41,905 bases of DNA, from the NCBI GenBank assembly GCA_023266675.1, contig JAHFPP010000004.1:1-41905 (forward strand). The letters run 5' to 3'. A program made the position numbers and the translations under genes. The DNA comes from Candidatus Woesearchaeota archaeon (lineage in GTDB: Archaea > Nanobdellota > Nanobdellia > Woesearchaeales > BM511). Within the stretch, counting starts at the first letter, position 1. Each line of letters opens with the position of its first letter. The notes beneath the pieces were generated by a model. It was not told the DNA's origin. It saw only the letters and a program-made list of their open reading frames with translations, and did not search any database. Below are positions 36,001 to 41,905 of the stretch, in pieces.

Positions 36001-38551
36001 GCTCTGTTTTGGTCAATTCACCTTTTGAGCCGACGCCATTCAACCCTAAATTATCATAATAATATTTTGTCTCCTTGACTTTATTAAAGTTTGAATCATA
36101 CGCAGTCACTCTTGAAACTTTGTTAATAATCCAAGCATCAAAATTAAAACCATATGAATAATTATAATATTTCTCATCACCAACAACATCAGCATCACCA
36201 AAATCCATCACAAATTGAGGATTACCAAATAAATTGTAAGAGTAGGATATATTATGTATTTTTGGAATTAAATTTCCATCATAAACGTAATCTGTTGATG
36301 ATTTCAAAGACAGATTATAAATTCCGTTAGAGTAAGTGTAATTATAATCTTTAGTATTTTTGAAAAACAAATTATTATTAAAATTGTAAATTTCTGTCTG
36401 ATACTCTTTTCCTCGCCTTGCATCATCCTGCATGAAGTAATGTTTTGTAACAGAATCATTGTCAATTTCTGTTGATATTCCAAATCCTCTAAACTCAGAT
36501 TTGTCATAATTGTATTTGCCTAAAGAATAATTATAATTAGTAAAAGCGACTATGTTGAAATCAGATGTCAGAGAATTATTCTTTAGAACATTATTGACAA
36601 CAAAAATGTTAAAACCTAAATTAATATTTGAATACTGCGTTGACTTCGTATAATTGATAAAAGTAACTCCGCCATATTCATTAGTTATAGATTTAAGCAT
36701 GTAAGGCAAAGTAGAATTCTTCGTCCAAGTATAATTTGAAACATTATAGGAAATCATGATATCAACAAAACCATCCCCATCAACATCAGCTAATCGTCTA
36801 CCAATATTTTTACCGCCAACAATGAAATCCTCAGGCGACTTCCAGGAGTTATTCAAACTCCAACCAAAACCAGTATTCAAGTAAGCCGCGTTTGACTGAT
36901 TCAAAATATCAACCAAACCATCACCATTGACATCAACAAAACGAACACCTAAGTCTCCGCCAGAAGAATTCACAAAACTTATTGGCGGAGCCCAAGTTGA
37001 ATCATAATTAACAAAACCAGAGCCGTTATTTAGCCAAGCCTTTAAAGATGAATTTCCTTTCAGTAAATCAGGCAATCCATCGCCATTGATGTCAACCAGC
37101 CTTAAACCTGTATCAATGGTTGTTACAAAATCATCAGGAACACTCCACACGCTTAAACTCCAACCACTGCCAGTATTCAAATAAACGCTTCTGTTGCCTG
37201 ACTTCGCCTGAATCAAATCAATTCTTCCATCACCATTAACATCACTTAATTGCACGCCTTGATCAAAGCCAGATGAATTAACAAAATCAAGAGGTATACT
37301 CCATGAGCTTAAACTCCAACCGCTACCAGTGTTCAAATAGACAATTCTGCTGCTTGAATTGGATTTCAACAAATCAGTATAGCCATCTCTATTTACATCT
37401 GCAAACCTAACACCTAAATCAATATTTGAAGAAATAATCGCAACGGGAAGATTCCAAGAAGAATCCAAACTCCAGCCGTTTGATTTATTGTTTATCCAAG
37501 AATTGTTATTAGAAGCGTTGTTTTGAACAACATCAATGAATCCGTCATTGTTTAAATCTAGAAGCTGAAACCCGTAATCATTAGTTGCGTCACTAAAGAC
37601 GCCAACAGGCGTCCATGAAGTTGAATTCGAATAACCTTCAGATGAAACATAGTAATCGAAGTTTATGCTGAAAAGCGAGGAAACATTATCATTTCCATAA
37701 AGAGTTATCTTTGAAAGTGAAGATAATGAAGGAGTTAATGAAGTATATGTAAAATGATTTCTTCTAACAAGCGCAGAATCAACAGTTATGGTGATATCTG
37801 TCAATCTTCTTGACTCCTCAAACAAGTTTCCTTGGTCATAAACTCGTCGCCTGTCAGGTCGGACAGAGCTTTCATAAACAAAACTTACCACTCTTTTCTG
37901 GTCGCTGTTGTATTTTATGTTATCAAGATAAACAGCTGACGAATCTTCAGCGTAAGGATTAAGTAAATAAGTATAGTTTATAGAATTCGAATTAGTATCT
38001 TCAACTAGTGATAATAACCATTTAGAGGTATAACCTCGCGAAGAGTCCAATACATACGCGAAAGTGTATTTTTTGCCGTCCTGTTTTGTAACAGTCCAGT
38101 TAGCAGAGTTTTTTATAATCTTAAACCAGTAATCAACTTCTGTATGATAAGCACCATTGAAATATATCAATTCATACTGGTTGCCGTCAAGAATCATTAA
38201 ATATTTGTCATCACTTACATCATCAGGTGTTCCATTGGCATCACGATAAATCAAGTCCTGGTTTAAACTCCAACCAGAACCTAAAATTCCTGGTCTTCCT
38301 TTAGCGCCTTGTGAATTATAAGAAACAAAAACTGAAGGCGATAAACCATTGACACCTTTAGGAACATCAATTGGATAATTGTAAGTTGCGCTTCCAGGAA
38401 ATAAGTTAGTATTGTACTGCCCAAACATTCTCACCTTAGGCGTTTCAGGAACCTTAGCGCTGTGCAGATAAGGTTTGTAATTATCTGCAAATCCCACGCC
38501 AACTAGTAATAAGAAAACAAATAAACTTAAAACTATTTTGTTGGAAGACAT
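33014..38551 (-). CDS. Secreted SpvB/TcB-like + FG-GAP + RHS/YD shell protein with Ig-like (PKD/CARDB-like) tail; lacks an RHS core
   Basis: Signal peptide; GSATYNYPIDVPKGVNGLSP...YNS...GSGWSL; six D-x-[ND]-x-D-G-x-x-D repeats; EFRGFG; many YD repeats; no PxxxxDPxG motif. Confidence 0.9.
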   Translation of the reverse strand: MSSNKIVLSLFVFLLLVGVGFADNYKPYLHSAKVPETPKVRMFGQYNTNLFPGSATYNYPIDVPKGVNGLSPSVFVSYNSQGAKGRPGILGSGWSLNQDLIYRDANGTPDDVSDDKYLMILDGNQYELIYFNGAYHTEVDYWFKIIKNSANWTVTKQDGKKYTFAYVLDSSRGYTSKWLLSLVEDTNSNSINYTYLLNPYAEDSSAVYLDNIKYNSDQKRVVSFVYESSVRPDRRRVYDQGNLFEESRRLTDITITVDSALVRRNHFTYTSLTPSLSSLSKITLYGNDNVSSLFSINFDYYVSSEGYSNSTSWTPVGVFSDATNDYGFQLLDLNNDGFIDVVQNNASNNNSWINNKSNGWSLDSSWNLPVAIISSNIDLGVRFADVNRDGYTDLLKSNSSSRIVYLNTGSGWSLSSWSIPLDFVNSSGFDQGVQLSDVNGDGRIDLIQAKSGNRSVYLNTGSGWSLSVWSVPDDFVTTIDTGLRLVDINGDGLPDLLKGNSSLKAWLNNGSGFVNYDSTWAPPISFVNSSGGDLGVRFVDVNGDGLVDILNQSNAAYLNTGFGWSLNNSWKSPEDFIVGGKNIGRRLADVDGDGFVDIMISYNVSNYTWTKNSTLPYMLKSITNEYGGVTFINYTKSTQYSNINLGFNIFVVNNVLKNNSLTSDFNIVAFTNYNYSLGKYNYDKSEFRGFGISTEIDNDSVTKHYFMQDDARRGKEYQTEIYNFNNNLFFKNTKDYNYTYSNGIYNLSLKSSTDYVYDGNLIPKIHNISYSYNLFGNPQFVMDFGDADVVGDEKYYNYSYGFNFDAWIINKVSRVTAYDSNFNKVKETKYYYDNLGLNGVGSKGELTKTEQWLESGNDTYNYFNYDSFGNLISKTDSLGNIYKYKYDKLNIFVESTVDPLGHVSTFSYDAGTGNLLSSTSNGITTYYTYDTFGRILKEIKPYDSTFLPTKTYVYSFDGVAPEKITVKQKTTANDTDNTNFFYDGFGNIVQIKQEIENGQEVVKNIFYDSKFRVGSEQNPYFANYNSGLTSKSSTDNITIYNYDSLSRVVLVKNTDGSNKTVSFNQYNITDYDENGHRHIYSIDAYGRITRVYEYNKDPYTQIDETYTTSYQYDSNDNLIKITDNENNVFQFFYDALGRKIKMIDPDMGTWTYQYDANNNLISQTDNKNSTITESYDSLNRIKSKLSSKVNTSFDYDQQFYGTLSNVTIGNRTFAYTYDDRLRISKITENTFGYPIVQNFEYDSQDKLVTNKGYSKLDYIFNKQEFVRKIPNYITDTSFNAFGSISSRGYSNGLTMNFAYNPQNNRLTTISVPSVMNFGYQYDSIGNIVQINDSLTPKLYRMSYDSLDRLVNATIGTDTYTYSYNSIGNMQKILKNNESKKLVYSGLAHAPSKIIEGGASVDLQNPHELSTNSKDRVFEFYLINEKNSTITANFSTNFGDGSPTFTSNNMNITDSVIVLVEQNYSHGGDYSVNFTASANGLSDYETKDIKFGTNAEALDILYSDITRRMFELIIGNDVKEQANNINWNCSENIYSFMTMNLSGNSSSSDLIDYYYSSPGKKTFQCNVTSLDGNDSISKDLTIRGLEVEDYDVLYSNISRYVMAFTAKNYYNNLSTNIKISTNNETFNNSFNISSNEDIIVITEINYSSDGQKDYEIDFTSNDTSSSHIERFLIAGISIENYVRLENNYTSQVLMFDVKNNWKSGNISWNLTNPDVNVTIDVNNGDSVAVIIENSYNVSGNNKAEIRAKASSYVDTMTDFFTVLPLQISSFEALTGNVFEIVARNHLNSSQVFNWQLDSINSTNSINITSDDAFIIVEQNTSSGIYVSTARINSSQYADTENELVIS

Positions 38552-38575
38552 TTTATTTTTTAATAATCCTCCAAC

Positions 38576-40327
38576 CTAATTAGTGCTGTCAATCAAGCTT
38601 TGAACGCTGTTCTTTATTGCTAGAGATGACATGTTAAAGTTTTGCCAAACATAAAACACCGGCGTGATATTATACATTGTCGGAAAGCTTATGCTGCTAT
38701 TCTGATTATAATTAAAAGCGTACCTTTTATTACCAGAAGTTATAAACACGTCAAATGCTCCCAACGCCTGCGTCGTGTTTGCCAGCCTTATATAAACATT
38801 TTTATCATTATAAGAATTATAAGCTGTCCCAAGTTCAGACGCGATTACTCCCTGAATTATCGCATCCCTCCCTTGCGTTTCATTGGAAAAACAATTTGTA
38901 AAAGTATAGTTTATTATTTTTGAATAACCATCTGAACTGTTGTAAAAACCGAAAATGCTCCAGTTCAAACTGGTTTTTCCAGCTATCAGATTATAACACT
39001 GACCTGATAATAAGTTATTTCCTAGTGCCGTGTCATTTAATTGTGTTACAACATTATTATTGTAGGATATAACAACACCTGTCCCGCTTGAGCTTATTGA
39101 TAAATTGTCAGATGATTGTAATGAGTTAATAGGAAAATTTCCATTCATACTTGTAGCTTCCATAAGTAAAGCAGATGTGTATGAATTGCTTTGTGGTGTT
39201 GGTGAATTATCTGACCAATCATCATCTTCTAACTGCCCGCTTGCATAAGGATAACGAATAAAACATCCAACAAACCCGCCGGTTGAAGTATTCGCTGATA
39301 ACTGTTGTTGACTTCCATCGTTAGGATGATAAGTTATAGAATAACTTTTTCCTGAAGTTATGTTATAACTCATCACATCACTATAAACTACACCGTTTGC
39401 AGCTAAATTAAAAGTATTACTGCCATTAAAAGTAAGATTTCTTTTTGTACCGCTCATAACCTTTCCAACATCTAATCCGTTTACTTCTGCGATATAAGCA
39501 TAATTACTTGTGTTCAGACCGACCGTATTTCCGGCTTGAAACTTAATTCTGATAGAGGTTGCAGAACCATTAATAGCACCGCTCCAAATAAGTCCTCTAA
39601 TAGCTCCGCCAGTACTACCTACAGACAATGCGCCTTGTTTTGAAGCATCCCAAATAGTCTGATTTGGAGTAAAATATGAAGACAAATTTATGTAATAATT
39701 ATTTGAATCTAAGAAAGGATCAAGAGTAGTCTCCTTATTATCATCATCAGTTGCTTTGATATCATACTTTGTTTTTTGACCAAGAGGCTGATAAACAGTT
39801 GTCTTAAACTTCTGCTCAGAATTTTGAGAAAGCGTAACCAAATCATTATTATTTATCTCGTTTGAAGCCTTATCTGAAGACATTTCAGAAAAGCCTTGAT
39901 AAGTGTAATCATAAGATGTAACATTGTCACACATCATAACAGGCTTGACTATAACTGAACCATTTTCATTTAACTGAACCGAATTAACATCTGAAACTGA
40001 ATCATTTAAAACATCAGTTTGAACATCGCAAGGATAAGGATTATTCACACTTCTCGTCTCAGTTATCTGACCGTATTTTTCAAACTTCTGTGGGGAAACT
40101 TTATCAGAATGAAAAACATTGGAAACAACCACGTTCTTATCAACGCTGCCAAGATTCATAATCGAATACTCAATCGTACAAACTGTACCATGACAATAAA
40201 CAGTCTCAGGCGAAGAAATATTAACGCCATTACCCTCAATACTGACAAAATTACTGTCAGCAAAAACTGAAGAGATACTTATTGCTAAGACTAGAATAAA
40301 TAAAATATTTGTTTTCATGAAAATCAA
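38576..40327 (-). CDS. Secreted Asn/Ser-rich protein, first gene of the RHS operon
   Basis: Signal peptide, many N-x-S/T sequons, 24 nt from the RHS shell gene. Confidence 0.8.
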   Translation of the reverse strand: MIFMKTNILFILVLAISISSVFADSNFVSIEGNGVNISSPETVYCHGTVCTIEYSIMNLGSVDKNVVVSNVFHSDKVSPQKFEKYGQITETRSVNNPYPCDVQTDVLNDSVSDVNSVQLNENGSVIVKPVMMCDNVTSYDYTYQGFSEMSSDKASNEINNNDLVTLSQNSEQKFKTTVYQPLGQKTKYDIKATDDDNKETTLDPFLDSNNYYINLSSYFTPNQTIWDASKQGALSVGSTGGAIRGLIWSGAINGSATSIRIKFQAGNTVGLNTSNYAYIAEVNGLDVGKVMSGTKRNLTFNGSNTFNLAANGVVYSDVMSYNITSGKSYSITYHPNDGSQQQLSANTSTGGFVGCFIRYPYASGQLEDDDWSDNSPTPQSNSYTSALLMEATSMNGNFPINSLQSSDNLSISSSGTGVVISYNNNVVTQLNDTALGNNLLSGQCYNLIAGKTSLNWSIFGFYNSSDGYSKIINYTFTNCFSNETQGRDAIIQGVIASELGTAYNSYNDKNVYIRLANTTQALGAFDVFITSGNKRYAFNYNQNSSISFPTMYNITPVFYVWQNFNMSSLAIKNSVQSLIDSTN

Positions 40328-40419
40328 CCCCCGTTGATATAAACATAAAATTTAATTATTGTATAATCTGTAGTATATATAAAAGACTATCTATTTTCTA
40401 GAATGTTTGCAAATATTTA

Positions 40420-40440
40420 TTAATAACATTCTGTTATTAT
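40420..40440. promoter_or_regulatory. Operator-like palindrome TTAATAAC-ATTCT-GTTATTAT overlapping the TATA of the ACT gene
   Basis: Matches the lysC-upstream palindrome and overlaps TTTATTAA about 30 nt before ATG 40448. Confidence 0.55.
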
Positions 40441-40447
40441 ACTAACA

Positions 40448-41098
40448 ATGGTCACAATAGCTCATATAGTTGAACGGGAAGTCACAAAAATGCCTTACTT
40501 ACAGGAGGCGCTTTTACGAGGACTGATAAATTACGGTGCCCTTGCAGATGAACTCATCCCAAAAATAAAAGAAGAGATAAAAAAGCCTGTTAAGCATGCG
40601 GCTGTTATGATGGCACTACGGCGTCTGTGCGAAAAGCTTGAGGGGAAAAGCGATACAAGTTTTAGGTTTTCGCCGGAAACTACTATAACAATAAAATCTG
40701 GACTTTTCAATATCGCCTACAAAAAATCATTGAATATTAATAAGGCGCTTCAAAAAGTGTTTGAAGTCGTTGACTACTCGTCTGGCGACGTTCTTGCGAT
40801 AAACCTTGGAAACCATGAAGTTACAATTGTCTCAAACACAAAAAACCTTTCAAAGCTAAAGTCAATAATGAAAAGTGAGAATATAATTCATGAATCCAAA
40901 AACGTTGCTGCGATTTCATTGTCTTTGCCAATTGACCTTATGGACCTTCCTGGTTTTTTTTACCTTATAACGCGTGTTTTAACGTGGGAAAATATTAACA
41001 TCCGGGAAGTAGTCTCAACACCAACAGAGTTCACAATAATCGTTGACGAGAAAGAAGTCATGAAAGGATACAATGTACTTCGCGAATTGTTTAAGTGA
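40448..41098 (+). CDS. ACT-domain-containing putative regulator of amino acid metabolism
   Basis: N-terminal helical domain (GLINYGALA...AVMMALRR) and C-terminal ACT (PGFFYLITRVLTWENINIREVVSTPTEFTIIV). Confidence 0.8.
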   Translation: MVTIAHIVEREVTKMPYLQEALLRGLINYGALADELIPKIKEEIKKPVKHAAVMMALRRLCEKLEGKSDTSFRFSPETTITIKSGLFNIAYKKSLNINKALQKVFEVVDYSSGDVLAINLGNHEVTIVSNTKNLSKLKSIMKSENIIHESKNVAAISLSLPIDLMDLPGFFYLITRVLTWENINIREVVSTPTEFTIIVDEKEVMKGYNVLRELFK

Positions 41099-41195
41099 AA
41101 AGGAAGAACATAATCTAAATTTAAAATGAGATTAGAAATGATAATTTTAATCAAGTTTGTTTTCAAAATATAAAATTGTTAGAGTATATATAAAA

Positions 41196-41540
41196 TTAAA
41201 AGGTATTATTACCAAGGTCATCTAAACTTTTTATTGACCCATTACCCTGCATGTTTTGAAAATGGATAAGACTTCCCTCTACCTCATCAGCTGCTTTTCT
41301 CAATTCTATTGAATATAATGCAAAGAAGGTTGGAAGTTGGAGAGGAGGTAAAGCTCTACCACAAGTTGTTTCAAATCTTTGTAAAAGCGAATTATAGGTT
41401 GCCACAGGGATTTCAATTTTGTCACCTGACACTTTGAAACCATGCAAAAGTGCATGTTCAGGATTTAAAGAATGTAATCGTCCATATTCCTGTAACATAA
41501 AGTCAGTTGGGGTTTTATAACCGCTTTCAAAAGTTCTCAT
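41196..41540 (-). CDS. Hypothetical protein
   Basis: ORF; ATG 41540 lies ~25 nt downstream of a TTTATATA box. Confidence 0.55.
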   Translation of the reverse strand: MRTFESGYKTPTDFMLQEYGRLHSLNPEHALLHGFKVSGDKIEIPVATYNSLLQRFETTCGRALPPLQLPTFFALYSIELRKAADEVEGSLIHFQNMQGNGSIKSLDDLGNNTF

Positions 41541-41663
41541 AAAAAATGTAATCACTAAGCAGTATATAAATTTTTCTACAAGCTGATTATATGAGGAAGA
41601 GATGTTCAAATAAATCTGACTTTTTAAGCAAGCTATTTAAAGAAATCATTCTTTCTAGTCGTT

Positions 41664-41905
41664 ATGAACTTTCAGGACTTAAAAAAGATAGAGAAAGCCG
41701 ATTTTTATATAGACTTGGCATTTAGGCGCGCAACTGAGCGAGGAGACATAATGCGAAGTTCTCTTGCGGGTAAGCCGTCAAACAGGCTTGAGAAGTCAAA
41801 AACAATTGAGCTAGAAAAAATTGCAACAATTAGGCTGACATTTGCCGAATGCTTAGACAGAATAATCAAGAATTTTCCGTCCTTAGACGACTTGCCTGAG
41901 TTTTA
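41664..41905 (+). CDS. NOG1-family GTP-binding protein, N-terminal part (runs off the window)
   Basis: MNFQDLKKIEKADFYIDLAFRRA...IIKNFPSLDDLPEF matches the NOG1 N-terminal helical domain; TATTTAAA upstream. Confidence 0.8.
   Translation, partial: MNFQDLKKIEKADFYIDLAFRRATERGDIMRSSLAGKPSNRLEKSKTIELEKIATIRLTFAECLDRIIKNFPSLDDLPEF

Larger units (their letters stand above)
25050..40424. mobile_element. Putative genomic island (RHS toxin system, IS110, accessory genes) between lysC and the ACT gene
   Basis: Accessory content, a gene truncated at the left edge, and TTATTAAT at both 25050-25057 and 40417-40424. Boundaries are tentative. Confidence 0.6.

Noticed and set aside
36760..37560. DNA repeats such as AAACTCCAACC...CCAGTATTCAA
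   Set aside because: Explained by the FG-GAP protein repeats (YLNTGSGWSL).
627..41166. Many short antisense or overlapping ORFs in the track (for example 2064-2453, 23630-24196, 21056-21376)
   Set aside because: Shadow ORFs overlapping well-supported genes, with no motifs.

Overview
AT-rich archaeal chromosomal window, most likely from a DPANN/Woesearchaeota-like lineage (inference). Archaeal signals are a CCA-less GCC-start tRNA-Asn, a NOG1 GTPase N-terminus, TATA boxes about 25-30 nt ahead of near-leaderless starts, and GGTGA Shine-Dalgarno motifs. From left to right it contains: a sufB-sufD-sufS-sufU-sufC operon (sufS is broken by one in-frame TAA); pepF; a YgiD-type dioxygenase; tRNA-Asn; an intergenic array of GGAC motifs ahead of a wHTH gene; a VIT1/CCC1 transporter; purA; a coupled pair of a multi-HTH protein and a bacterial RpoD-like sigma-70 with a long N-terminal extension; and a lysine (DapL-route) operon that lacks dapF but carries a 4-OT tautomerase. 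A ~15.4 kb island then separates lysC from a divergent ACT-domain gene. The island carries an apparently split RHS polymorphic toxin system: a secreted SpvB/FG-GAP/RHS shell with an Ig-like tail, and a separately secreted RHS core plus toxin tip with a putative immunity gene. It also has a second, truncated tip/immunity module, an IS110 recombinase with a structured upstream non-coding region, and a C39-like peptidase/unknown pair. The two most interesting candidates are the split RHS system and the archaeal sigma-70 plus multi-HTH module. All calls come from reading motifs by eye; no database searches were run.
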